DNA of 64,000 nucleotides from a virus (IMGVR_UViG_3300046804_001132:1-64000); one strand, 5' to 3'; shown: positions 40,451-48,753, counted from the stretch's first letter. A program made the numbers and translations. Notes: generated from the sequence alone by a model not told the origin.

Positions 40451-40592
40451 TCTCTATCGTGGTAGATTTGTTTGTCATAAGTGTAAGTCTGAAGTAGAGA
40501 AGGCAAGATTCTGGTACGACACAATGGATCTTACTTGGCAATGTGAATGCAAATATATTTCCAAGGTTGCTCTCGTAGGTAGGAATTACTAA
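40437..40592 (+). CDS. 51-aa zinc-ribbon protein (missing from the ORF track)
   Basis: GTG start; MNKYSLYRGRFVCHKCKSEVEKARFWYDTMDLTWQCECKYISKVALVGRNY. Confidence 0.6.
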   Translation: MNKYSLYRGRFVCHKCKSEVEKARFWYDTMDLTWQCECKYISKVALVGRNY

Positions 40593-40669
40593 TGGCTGGA
40601 AGTTTGTTCGTTAGTGCTTTGTTCTGCTTCTTTATTGCAGTCATCTTGGATGGTGATTTCAATGAGTGA
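40592..40669 (+). CDS. 25-aa hydrophobic peptide (possible)
   Basis: TAATG-coupled ORF MAGSLFVSALFCFFIAVILDGDFNE filling the gap exactly. Confidence 0.35.
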   Translation: MAGSLFVSALFCFFIAVILDGDFNE

Positions 40670-40958
40670 GCGTGGAGAAGCAAAAAGAATAAACGCACGG
40701 CTTCATAAGAATTCTGGAAGAAACTATACCAAGGGCGATGCCACTTGGAGAGACTATGTTGTTGACTTTAAAGAATATGCAAAAAGTTTTAGTATCAATC
40801 AAGATGTTTGGGCTAAAGTTGTAACGGATTGCATGAAAGTTGATAAGTCAAAATCTCCCGCCATTATACTGGTGCTTGGAGAGGGAAACAATAAGATTAG
40901 GCTAGCCGTGATAGAATTAGACGAATTAGAAAGGCTAACAGATGACAACGACTCTTGA
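40662..40958 (+). CDS. Holliday junction resolvase-like PD-(D/E)xK nuclease
   Basis: E...NSGR...KGD...VDFKE motif; start at MSERGE. Confidence 0.65.
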   Translation: MSERGEAKRINARLHKNSGRNYTKGDATWRDYVVDFKEYAKSFSINQDVWAKVVTDCMKVDKSKSPAIILVLGEGNNKIRLAVIELDELERLTDDNDS

Positions 40959-41265
40959 ACTTGTAAATGAAGTTGCAGAGTTTACAGAAATATCAGAGAT
41001 ATGTGAAGACGATCAACTTACAGAAGCATTAGCACTTATTGTAAAACTAATGATGAATCCAGATATACCTCCACAAAAGGCGGTAAATCTAATCGTTCAA
41101 CTAGAAGCCTACGCAGCAAAGTTTGCAATGCTTGCTTCATATTACACAAACGTAAAAAAGGATGACAGGGTAAAGAAGAATCTTTACTTTTCTGCTCGTG
41201 ACGCTATACAGAGACTAACTGATTCTCTAAAGTATAGTGCTAAACTAGGGAGTTTTTATGGCTAA
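40942..41265 (+). CDS. Hypothetical helical protein
   Basis: 107-aa ORF coupled into the recombination operon. Confidence 0.55.
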   Translation: MTTTLELVNEVAEFTEISEICEDDQLTEALALIVKLMMNPDIPPQKAVNLIVQLEAYAAKFAMLASYYTNVKKDDRVKKNLYFSARDAIQRLTDSLKYSAKLGSFYG

Positions 41266-42025
41266 GAATTTTTTGAAGCAGGTAATTAACAAGCCTGTTG
41301 ATGGTGCGATTGATACGAAGGCTTTTATTGAAAAGATTGAGTCTGGCTATCTTGTAGGAAGAGATCCAGAGTTTAAGACTAAGAAAACATTTAGTCCATC
41401 TACCCTTGTATATGGTAGTGGTGCATGTGCTCGTTATTGGTTCTTGGCATTCTCTGGAGCAGAGTTTGTCGATGACGCAGATCCATATGCCGTAGCAAAC
41501 ATGGGAAGCGGCACGCAGGCCCATGAACGCATTCAGACGGCCATTGAAAATGCAGGCATCATGGTAGAGAAGGAAAAGCGTATCGTCGCTCAAGACCCTC
41601 CTATCTTTGGTTTTGCAGATGCTATCGTACAATGGGGAGAAGATCAGCCTGTTGTAGAAATCAAGACTATGCGTGAAGAATCGTTTGCCTATCGCAAGCA
41701 CGCCAAGCCACCGTCATATCACGTTATGCAGTTGGTAATCTATATGAAGGTGCTAGGAAAGAAGTTGGGCATTCTTCTTTACGAGAACAAGAATTCTCAT
41801 GAACTCCATGCTATTACTGTTGAGCCAACACCAGAACTTATTTCTTGGGCAGACTATGCCTTTGACTGGATGAAGAAGGTTAGGGCACAATGGGAAAGCA
41901 AGGAGATTCCAAAGAAGACATACCGATCAAATTCCAAGGTATGTGGGGGCTGCCCTGTAAGAAATGCTTGTGCAAATGCTGACAAGGGAAGCGTAAAGAT
42001 TGATCCTTTGGAGTATCTTGAATGA
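41258..42025 (+). CDS. Cas4-like PD-(D/E)xK exonuclease
   Basis: C-ARY, GTQAHE, GFAD...EIKT, QLVIY, C-terminal CGGCPVRNAC Fe-S ligands. Confidence 0.82.
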   Translation: MAKNFLKQVINKPVDGAIDTKAFIEKIESGYLVGRDPEFKTKKTFSPSTLVYGSGACARYWFLAFSGAEFVDDADPYAVANMGSGTQAHERIQTAIENAGIMVEKEKRIVAQDPPIFGFADAIVQWGEDQPVVEIKTMREESFAYRKHAKPPSYHVMQLVIYMKVLGKKLGILLYENKNSHELHAITVEPTPELISWADYAFDWMKKVRAQWESKEIPKKTYRSNSKVCGGCPVRNACANADKGSVKIDPLEYLE

Positions 42026-42312
42026 AATATTGTGCTTGGTGCTCTGCTGAATTTGTTGCAAAAGTAAATTATCAAATTTACTGTGGTGCAGAATGCAGAG
42101 AACTTGCTACAAAAGAAAAGATAAATGAAAGATCTGAAATAAACAGAAGAAAGAATCTTTCTAAGAAAAGAAGAAGATGCAGCGGAGGATGTGGAACCGT
42201 TATCAGCATGTACAATGATAACGGATTCTGCAATGTTTGCATGATAAATAAAAAGAAGGTTGACAAAATGCTAAAGGAACTCAAAGGATTATTTGACTAT
42301 GAGCAGAATTAG
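42022..42312 (+). CDS. Cys-rich zinc-finger protein
   Basis: CAWC...CGAEC and CSGGC...CNVC. Confidence 0.6.
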   Translation: MKYCAWCSAEFVAKVNYQIYCGAECRELATKEKINERSEINRRKNLSKKRRRCSGGCGTVISMYNDNGFCNVCMINKKKVDKMLKELKGLFDYEQN

Positions 42313-42892
42313 TAAGATAAAAGACTTTGATGTTCCTAGTTCATTTTGTGCCATAGATGCAAGCACAAATAGTTTAGCCTTTGCCTACTTTACTAACAAT
42401 CAGTTAAAAAGTTATGGAAAGATAAAGTATCAAGGAAATAATATTTATGAAAAAATAGGAGATACTGCTCACAAAACTATGGCATTCTTTAATTCATTTC
42501 CTATTGAGACAATCATAATTGAAGATACAATCTTTGCAAATTCTCCAAAGACTGCTGCACAACTTGCGAAGGCTCAGGGAGCATTGCTGGCAGCAGCAAA
42601 TTTGGCAGGAGTAAAAGCGGTATACGCAATCAGTCCAGTTGCTTGGCAAAACTATGTAGGAACACGGCTTCTTACACAAGAAGAAAAAGATAAGATTAAA
42701 AATGCAACACCAGGCAGAAGTAATTCTTGGTACAAAACAAGAGAACGTGAAATGAGAAAGAACAAGACTATCGCTACAATGAATGAGAGATTTAATATAA
42801 ATATCTCTGATAACGATGTTGCAGATGCCATAGGTATTGGTGTATACTCTATGGAAAATTGGACAAAGGTTATTGGAAGTAATAATGCCTAG
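42299..42892 (+). CDS. RuvC-like Holliday junction resolvase
   Basis: AIDAST, IIIED, DNDVADAIGIG acidic catalytic residues. Confidence 0.75.
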   Translation: MSRISKIKDFDVPSSFCAIDASTNSLAFAYFTNNQLKSYGKIKYQGNNIYEKIGDTAHKTMAFFNSFPIETIIIEDTIFANSPKTAAQLAKAQGALLAAANLAGVKAVYAISPVAWQNYVGTRLLTQEEKDKIKNATPGRSNSWYKTREREMRKNKTIATMNERFNINISDNDVADAIGIGVYSMENWTKVIGSNNA

Positions 42893-43037
42893 GGGAAGCA
42901 CACTACATCACTCTGAGGCTTTTTTGAGAAAGAGAATTCTTGTCGATAAGAAGACTCCAGAAGAAATTGCAAAAGAATGCAACGTAAGTTTACAAATTAT
43001 TTATCGTCAACTAAAAAAGTTTGGATTAAGAAAATGA
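42885..43037 (+). CDS. Small HTH DNA-binding protein
   Basis: KTPEEIAKECNVSLQIIYRQLKKFGL. Confidence 0.65.
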   Translation: MPRGSTLHHSEAFLRKRILVDKKTPEEIAKECNVSLQIIYRQLKKFGLRK

Positions 43038-43270
43038 CAGACATGGTAAATCATCCTGCACACTATACATCAGATCCTTCTGGCATCGAATGTATTGACA
43101 TTGTTCGTCATAGGAACTATAATATAGGTAATGCGATCAAGTATCTTTGGCGTGCTGGTCTTAAGAATGAAGACAAGCACATTGAAGATCTAAAGAAGGC
43201 AGTATTCTATATCAATGATGAAATCAAAAGACTAGAGGGATTAAAGAATGTCTCGCAAAAAGATAGTTAG
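43034..43270 (+). CDS. DUF3310-type protein
   Basis: DMVNHPAHY...IECID...GNAIKYLWRAGLK...EDLKKA. Confidence 0.8.
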   Translation: MTDMVNHPAHYTSDPSGIECIDIVRHRNYNIGNAIKYLWRAGLKNEDKHIEDLKKAVFYINDEIKRLEGLKNVSQKDS

Positions 43271-43532
43271 TCCATTCGCACACCTTTATCATCGTGAGTC
43301 AAGTATCGCTATTGAGGGCGGTAGGGTGATTCAAAAAGGTGAGGTCATCAAGATTAAGGGAATAAATGCCACAAAGTTTGTGTTCAAGGAATATGTTCGC
43401 AGAACTGATAGTGGAATAGACTGGATTGACTGCTTTGAATTGGACAAGGGTGTAAGTTGCGGTCAGAGATCATTTAGGAAGGATCGCATTAAGCCCACAC
43501 CAAAGCCAAAAAAGAAAAGAACTAAAATTTAA
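43248..43532 (+). CDS. Hypothetical protein
   Basis: 94-aa basic ORF ending the operon. Confidence 0.5.
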   Translation: MSRKKIVSPFAHLYHRESSIAIEGGRVIQKGEVIKIKGINATKFVFKEYVRRTDSGIDWIDCFELDKGVSCGQRSFRKDRIKPTPKPKKKRTKI

Positions 43533-43539
43533 TAGTTGT

Positions 43540-43613
43540 GCGTCTGTGGTGTAGAGGTAACATGTCATCCTTCCAAGTTGAAGTCGCCAGTTCGATTCTG
43601 GTCAGACGCTCCA
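43540..43613 (+). tRNA. tRNA-Gly (TCC), CCA encoded
   Basis: GCGTCTG/CAGACGC acceptor, loop CT-TCC-AA, T-arm GCCAG-TTCGATT-CTGGT. Confidence 0.88.
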
Positions 43614-43648
43614 AAAATGCGTATTATATCAAATAAATTATCCGACAA

Positions 43649-43677
43649 TTGACACGTTTATTTTACTGTGTTAATCT
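43649..43677 (+). promoter_or_regulatory. Sigma70/SigA-type promoter
   Basis: TTGACA-17 nt-TAATCT. Confidence 0.65.
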
Positions 43678-43709
43678 AGAATGGTGTTGCCGCCGCAAGG
43701 AGGAAACAA

Positions 43710-44252
43710 ATGACGAAAACGAAACTGGTAGGAGGTATCATGGCTATAGCATTGATGTTTAGTTCATCTAGTGCTGTTGCTGCTACCAACGAACAGGTGT
43801 ATGCTAAGTCAAATGCACCTATTGCGACGGAGGCTTTATCAAAGCCTGTCGTAAATGAAGCAAGGGCAAAGATAAAGCCAGAACCTGCCTGTAAGAATTG
43901 GCTTGCCAAATCATTGGCTAAGGCTGGCTTTAAGGGCAGAGGATTGAAGATTGCTTGGGCGATTGCCATGCGTGAGTCTGGTGGCCGTGCCAACGCCATT
44001 TCTTCTACAGGAGATTATGGTGTTTTTCAATTCAACCGCGCAGCATGGGGAAAGGAACCTTGGTGGAATACCTCCAAACTCCTTACCCGTGATTACAATA
44101 TCATGATTGCCTATCGTATCTCACAGCATGGGAAGACATTCTACCCTTGGGATATTGACGGGGCAGGAAGATACAAGGGGCGATACACCCCTAAATCTGT
44201 ATACAAGAAGTATAAGTCTTGGTATAACCAATTTCCAAGCAATTGTGAATAA
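43710..44252 (+). CDS. Secreted lysozyme-fold lytic transglycosylase (SLT/Rpf-like)
   Basis: Signal peptide (MTKTK-LVGGIMAIALMF-SSSSAVA); AIAMRESGG catalytic Glu; GDYGVFQFN; AAGGAGG RBS. Confidence 0.75.
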   Translation: MTKTKLVGGIMAIALMFSSSSAVAATNEQVYAKSNAPIATEALSKPVVNEARAKIKPEPACKNWLAKSLAKAGFKGRGLKIAWAIAMRESGGRANAISSTGDYGVFQFNRAAWGKEPWWNTSKLLTRDYNIMIAYRISQHGKTFYPWDIDGAGRYKGRYTPKSVYKKYKSWYNQFPSNCE

Positions 44253-44321
44253 GTAGTAGGTGGGGTAGGAAACCGAATTTAAATGTAGGTGGCAACATTC
44301 CTACCCCACCACTGCTATAAT
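44252..44321 (+). other. Long inverted repeat overlapping the extended -10 (TGC-TATAAT) of the terminase operon
   Basis: GGTGGGGTAGGAA (44259-44271) / TTCCTACCCCACC (44298-44310), 13-bp perfect stem. Confidence 0.6.
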
Positions 44322-44340
44322 TGTCCCTCTAGGGAGAACT

Positions 44341-44859
44341 ATGACAGACATAATGCTTCATCTTGAAGAAGTTAATACAGTAGCAGCAGAATATATCAAG
44401 GGTAAAAATGAAACTGAGATTTCAAAAGAACTTGATATTCCTCGCGCAAGAGTTTCATCAATGCTTAGAGAATGGAAGCAAATGGCTTCCAACAATGAGG
44501 CTGTTAGAAGCAGAGCAAGAGAGGCTTTGGCTTCAGCAGACCAGCATTACAACTATTTAATTAGACAGGCTTACGAAGTAATTGATGATGCTAACACAAC
44601 TGCCAATCTTGGTGCAAAGACCACGGCAATTAAACTAGTTCTTGATATTGAGACTCGCAGAATTGACATGCTACAAAAGGCTGGTCTTTTAGAAAACAAA
44701 GAACTGGCAGAAGAACTTATTGAACAAGAAAGAAAGCAAGAAGTCTTGATCAATATTCTCAAAGACGTTTCTGCTGATTGTCCACGATGCAAGAATGAAC
44801 TTGCTCGTCGTTTGGCTGCTGCGGCAAGTAGCGAAGAAGTGATTACAATTGACAATTGA
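44341..44859 (+). CDS. Terminase small subunit (putative, HTH)
   Basis: NETEISKELDIPRARVSSML HTH, helical, overlaps the large terminase start. Confidence 0.6.
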   Translation: MTDIMLHLEEVNTVAAEYIKGKNETEISKELDIPRARVSSMLREWKQMASNNEAVRSRAREALASADQHYNYLIRQAYEVIDDANTTANLGAKTTAIKLVLDIETRRIDMLQKAGLLENKELAEELIEQERKQEVLINILKDVSADCPRCKNELARRLAAAASSEEVITIDN

Positions 44860-46639
44860 TTTTAGTTCGTTCCTAGAAGCACTAGATGATTCACCATTTG
44901 AAGAGATTCCAGTAGATTTGGAAACCTTTTTACATTCAGAAAACTTTTTGAATCAACCAGAACTTTCTCAGATCCAAAGAGATCTTGTAGAAGCAATGAG
45001 CCAGATTTATAAAGAAGAAGATCTAATTAGATTTATGGGTGAAAAAGATGGTAGAGCACACTACAAGAAATACACCAAGGGCGAGGTAATTCTTCAGTGT
45101 GGCAAGGGAAGTGGAAAGGATCACACATCAACCATTGGCTGTGCTTACTTAGTTTATAAACTTATGTGTCTAAAAGATCCTGCTAGATATTTTGGCAAAC
45201 CACCTGGTGATGCTATTGATATTATCAATATTGCTATTAACGCACAGCAGGCTAGGAACGTGTTCTTCAAGGGATTCAAAAACAAGATTGAGCGTTGTCC
45301 TTGGTTTGCTGGAAAGTATGATCCCAAGGCAGATAGTGTTGAGTTTGACAAGGCCATAACGGTCTATTCAGGACACTCAGAGCGAGAATCACATGAGGGA
45401 CTAAATCTCATGCTCGCCATTCTTGACGAGATCTCAGGCTTTGCTCAGGAGTCAACAAGCGGCAATGAGAATGCCAAGACTGGTGATGCAATCTATAAAG
45501 CATTCCGTGCATCTGTTGATTCACGTTTTCCAGACTACGGTAAAGTAATTCTTCTGTCATTCCCACGTTACCCAGGAGATTTTATTTCCAAAAGGTACGA
45601 TGAAGTTATTGTTGAAAAGGAAACGGTATTTAAGAATCATAAGTTTATTATTGATCCAGATCTTCCTCCAGACCTAGATGGCAATAACTTTGAAATAGAA
45701 TGGGAAGAAGATCACATCATCTCCTATAAATATCCAGGAATTTTTGCAATCAAGAGGCCAACATGGGACGTTAATCCTACTCGCAGCATTGAAGACTTTA
45801 AGATTTCTTTCTTAACAGATCATGCAGATGCAATGCAAAGATTTGCATGTATGCCATCATTTGCTTCTGATGCTTTCTTCAAGCAAAGAGATAAGTTGGA
45901 AAAGGCAATGAGCATGAGAAATCCCATCGACTCTTACAAGAGGATTGAGCCTACATTTATTCCAGAAGAGGATAAGGTTTACTTCCTTCATGCTGACCTT
46001 GCACAAAAGCATGACAAGTGTGCCGTCGCAGTTTCACATGTAGAGAAATGGGTAGAAGTAAAGTCATTTAATGATTACACTCAGATTGTTCCATTCGTTA
46101 TTGTTGACGCAGTTGTGTGGTGGGAACCTCGCAAGGAAGGTCCAGTAGATTTATCTGAGGTAAAGAATTGGATAATTGACTTCCGTCGTCAAGGATTTAA
46201 TTTAGGAATGGTTACGTTTGACCGCTGGCAATCATTTGATATTCAGCAAGAACTTAAGACAGTAGGTATCAGAACAGATACATTGTCAGTAGCAAAAAAG
46301 CATTATGAGGATTTGGCAATGCTTATCTACGAAGAAAGAGTTGCTATGCCACATATTGATTTACTTCTTGAAGAGATGAGTGAATTGAGAATCGTTTCTG
46401 ACAAGAAGGTCGATCACCCTAGAAAAAAGTCTAAGGACTTGGCTGACGCTATGTGTGGGGCGGTATACAATGCAATTAGCCATACCCCTCGTAATAGGAA
46501 TCAAGAAATAGAAATTCATGACTGGAAATCAATTTCAAGATCTAATGATCTAAAAGAGATGCAGAAGAATGCAATCAAGATTCCAGAAAAGGCACCAGAA
46601 GATATATCAGATTACCTATCTTCATTTGGATTTTTTTAG
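44849..46639 (+). CDS. Terminase large subunit
   Basis: GKGSGKD Walker A, ILDE Walker B, HADLAQKHD nuclease Asp, DHP...SKDLADA. Confidence 0.9.
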   Translation: MTIDFSSFLEALDDSPFEEIPVDLETFLHSENFLNQPELSQIQRDLVEAMSQIYKEEDLIRFMGEKDGRAHYKKYTKGEVILQCGKGSGKDHTSTIGCAYLVYKLMCLKDPARYFGKPPGDAIDIINIAINAQQARNVFFKGFKNKIERCPWFAGKYDPKADSVEFDKAITVYSGHSERESHEGLNLMLAILDEISGFAQESTSGNENAKTGDAIYKAFRASVDSRFPDYGKVILLSFPRYPGDFISKRYDEVIVEKETVFKNHKFIIDPDLPPDLDGNNFEIEWEEDHIISYKYPGIFAIKRPTWDVNPTRSIEDFKISFLTDHADAMQRFACMPSFASDAFFKQRDKLEKAMSMRNPIDSYKRIEPTFIPEEDKVYFLHADLAQKHDKCAVAVSHVEKWVEVKSFNDYTQIVPFVIVDAVVWWEPRKEGPVDLSEVKNWIIDFRRQGFNLGMVTFDRWQSFDIQQELKTVGIRTDTLSVAKKHYEDLAMLIYEERVAMPHIDLLLEEMSELRIVSDKKVDHPRKKSKDLADAMCGAVYNAISHTPRNRNQEIEIHDWKSISRSNDLKEMQKNAIKIPEKAPEDISDYLSSFGFF

Positions 46640-46668
46640 TTGACATAGCCATCAATATGGCATACAAT
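46640..46668 (+). promoter_or_regulatory. Sigma70/SigA-type promoter
   Basis: TTGACA-17 nt-TACAAT. Confidence 0.75.
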
Positions 46669-46690
46669 ATTCACAACATTAGGAGAGAAA

Positions 46691-46867
46691 ATGATTCTTG
46701 CATTTCTTATCATGTCATTAGTAATTTGGACACTATCTGTCATTATGAATCTTTATACCGTTGCAAGTCAGTCAAGAGGGTCAGGCATTACCTTTGTCAC
46801 GGTGCTGTCTCTTATTGTCAATCTTGTTATGGTTACATTCAATATTATTGCCATAGCATCTTTGTAG
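46691..46867 (+). CDS. 58-aa two-transmembrane protein (missing from the ORF track)
   Basis: AGGAG RBS; MILAFLIMSLVIWTLSVIMNLYTVASQSRGSGITFVTVLSLIVNLVMVTFNIIAIASL. Confidence 0.7.
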   Translation: MILAFLIMSLVIWTLSVIMNLYTVASQSRGSGITFVTVLSLIVNLVMVTFNIIAIASL

Positions 46868-46872
46868 GACGA

Positions 46873-46951
46873 CGGCAGGTAGGCAAATTGGTTACGCCGC
46901 CAGTCTTATAAACTGGGAATACGATTGTGGGTTCAAGCCCCACCCTGCCGA
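46873..46951 (+). tRNA. tRNA with TAT anticodon (nominally Ile, reading AUA)
   Basis: CGGCAGG/CCTGCCG acceptor, GGC/GCC D-stem, CCAGT-CTTATAA-ACTGG anticodon arm, GTGGG-TTCAAGC-CCCAC T-arm, 10-nt variable region. Confidence 0.8.
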
Positions 46952-46983
46952 CTATTAGTGATATAATATTTTAGGAGGACAAT

Positions 46984-47373
46984 ATGTTTAATAGAGAAAA
47001 TTTATTTCAAGATTCTGCTGAGAATGCAGAAAGTGTAGTTGAAGACGCAGTTGTTGTTGTAGAAGAGCCAGAGGCTGCTCCAGTAGTTGAGGAAGCAGTA
47101 GCAGTTGAAGAGGCTCCAGTAGAGCAACCAGTTGAGAAGGCTGTTAAGGATTCTGGTAAGTATCCAGGAGTTGCAGCACTATCCGCAGGACAGAAGAATG
47201 AATCAGTATCAAAGGTTCAAAGAGAACTTTCTGCAAAGGGCTTTGCTGTAGCAGTAACTGGAACATATGACAGGGCAACAGAAAACGCTGTAGCACTTTT
47301 CTGTAAGTCAAAGGGCGTACATGCCGATGGGACACAAGTTGGTCCCAAAACATGGAAACACCTTTTTGGATAA
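46984..47373 (+). CDS. Acidic-linker protein with C-terminal peptidoglycan-binding domain
   Basis: VSKVQREL...G...TGTYD...TENAV...F...DG...VGPKTW; AGGAGG RBS; TGA-TATAAT at 46959. Confidence 0.7.
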   Translation: MFNRENLFQDSAENAESVVEDAVVVVEEPEAAPVVEEAVAVEEAPVEQPVEKAVKDSGKYPGVAALSAGQKNESVSKVQRELSAKGFAVAVTGTYDRATENAVALFCKSKGVHADGTQVGPKTWKHLFG

Positions 47374-47375
47374 TT

Positions 47376-47684
47376 ATGCCTTGGAATATTAGACGTTCAG
47401 GATCTCAGTATGAAGTTGTTCAAGAGAACAACGGAAGAGTCATGGGCAAGCATCCAACAAGATCTTCAGCAGAAAGGCAACTTGCTGCATTGTATGCAAG
47501 TGAGCCAAGCGCAAGCAAGATTTCTGATTCAGGTCCAACTCCTCCAATTGATGGATCTGCGCCAATCAGCAACCAAGATACAATAAATCGTAATCCTCAA
47601 ATTATCAATGGCTCAAAGCAAAAGAAGAAAAAGCCACAAGATAATTTCTGGAACGGTTCTTTCTTTCCAAGAAATAATCCATAA
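47376..47684 (+). CDS. Small protein with scaffold-like C-terminal tag (candidate internal head protein)
   Basis: MPWNI...GKHPT...AERQLAAL domain; ends DNFWNGSFFPRNNP. Confidence 0.65.
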   Translation: MPWNIRRSGSQYEVVQENNGRVMGKHPTRSSAERQLAALYASEPSASKISDSGPTPPIDGSAPISNQDTINRNPQIINGSKQKKKKPQDNFWNGSFFPRNNP

Positions 47685-47702
47685 TAATGGTAAAATGAAG
47701 GA

Positions 47703-48011
47703 GTGAGAATGCAATTTCTTGCAGCACTTATTCCTTGGATCGTAACAGCAATATTTCTTTTAATAGTTATAAAAAGAAAGCCACAAGAAGATGATTCTTT
47801 TGATACAGAAAACTGGCCCGAAGAAGACATTGTGAGAGTTGCAGTTATTGACAATAAGGCATATTGGGTATACAATAATACTTTCTATGAGGCTGATGTT
47901 GAGGGAGAAGATCCAGATTTTGAATCTGCTCGCCCAATCAATACCATGAATATGCCACATAAAGAACTTAATAAGTTATTGAATATTCTAGACACACTAG
48001 AAGAAAACTAA
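47703..48011 (+). CDS. Membrane-anchored hypothetical protein
   Basis: N-terminal TM helix; start 6 nt after TGG-TAAAAT. Confidence 0.6.
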   Translation: MRMQFLAALIPWIVTAIFLLIVIKRKPQEDDSFDTENWPEEDIVRVAVIDNKAYWVYNNTFYEADVEGEDPDFESARPINTMNMPHKELNKLLNILDTLEEN

Positions 48012-48032
48012 TAGAATCGAAAGGAAATTTTA

Positions 48033-48377
48033 ATGAACATCGTTGTTCAGGGTACAAAGGAATTTGTTGATTACAACGTCTTTATGCGTGCAATGGGCGT
48101 TGCGCTATCAACAATTGAGGATGAAGAGTTCAATGTTTACTCAGTAGGTCCTGCCCAAATTAATTCATTTACTGCTGAGTTCTGCAATCTTTCAGAGAAT
48201 GGATTAAAGCGACGAGGCATTAAAACACGTTTCTTCAAGGTTCCAACATCATATGTTGAAGAGCATATTTCCGATTTCGACTATTTTGCCTTTCTTTCCA
48301 ATCCGAATCAGCGACCGTCTAAGTTGGTAGCGTCTGCTGAGTTGGCTGGAGTGGAGACTGGCATTTTCCGATACTAG
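48033..48377 (+). CDS. Hypothetical protein (SLOG/YspA-like N-terminus)
   Basis: MNIVVQGTKEFVDY resembles the SLOG V-V-G-R-F-DY start; AAGGA RBS. Confidence 0.45.
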   Translation: MNIVVQGTKEFVDYNVFMRAMGVALSTIEDEEFNVYSVGPAQINSFTAEFCNLSENGLKRRGIKTRFFKVPTSYVEEHISDFDYFAFLSNPNQRPSKLVASAELAGVETGIFRY

Positions 48378-48385
48378 GAGATGCC

Positions 48386-48745
48386 ATGTTGAGTAAGAAG
48401 GATTTTGCGTATCTAAGTGTTGCAAGATATTTTGCAAAAAAGTCTAAGGCAAGAAATACTCATGGCGCTGTCGTTGTAAAGGGCGGCAGGGTTTTGGGTA
48501 CTGGATATAACAAGGATCGAAATCATCCTAAGATAGTCTCTCCAGAGCATATTAAGACTAATTGCTCTATTCACGCAGAAGAGGTTGCTATTCGTGACGC
48601 AGGAGAGGATAATGTTAGGGGAGCAATCATTTATGTTGCAAGAGTAAATCGTCATGGCAATGATAGGGATAGTAAGCCATGTCCACGTTGCAGCAGATTG
48701 ATTGAAAAGGTTGGAATCAAAAGAGTAATTTTCACATCTCAATAG
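48386..48745 (+). CDS. Cytidine/dCMP deaminase-family protein
   Basis: HGAVVV...GYN, IHAEE, KPCPRC zinc motif. Confidence 0.82.
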   Translation: MLSKKDFAYLSVARYFAKKSKARNTHGAVVVKGGRVLGTGYNKDRNHPKIVSPEHIKTNCSIHAEEVAIRDAGEDNVRGAIIYVARVNRHGNDRDSKPCPRCSRLIEKVGIKRVIFTSQ

Positions 48746-48753
48746 GAGAAAAA

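Noticed and set aside
41258-42025. Cas4-like gene as evidence of a CRISPR system
   Set aside because: No repeat-spacer array or other cas genes were seen; solo Cas4-like nucleases are common in phage recombination modules.
43678-43709. Riboswitch upstream of the Rpf/SLT-like gene
   Set aside because: The leader between the promoter and ATG is only about 25 nt, too short for a c-di-AMP-type aptamer.
1189-46639. Inteins or introns in nrdJ, dnaB, dnaE, recA or terminase
   Set aside because: Protein lengths are ordinary, motifs are contiguous, and no intein splice-junction or LAGLIDADG blocks were seen.
46657-46911. Listed 84-aa ORF MAYNIHNIRR...
   Set aside because: It starts inside the promoter and runs into a tRNA; the RBS-supported 58-aa membrane ORF in another frame (46691-46867) is the better call.
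47340-47373. GPKTWKHLFG C-terminus as a tag copy
   Set aside because: This is the normal end of the peptidoglycan-binding domain (G-x-VG-x-x-TW-x-x-L).
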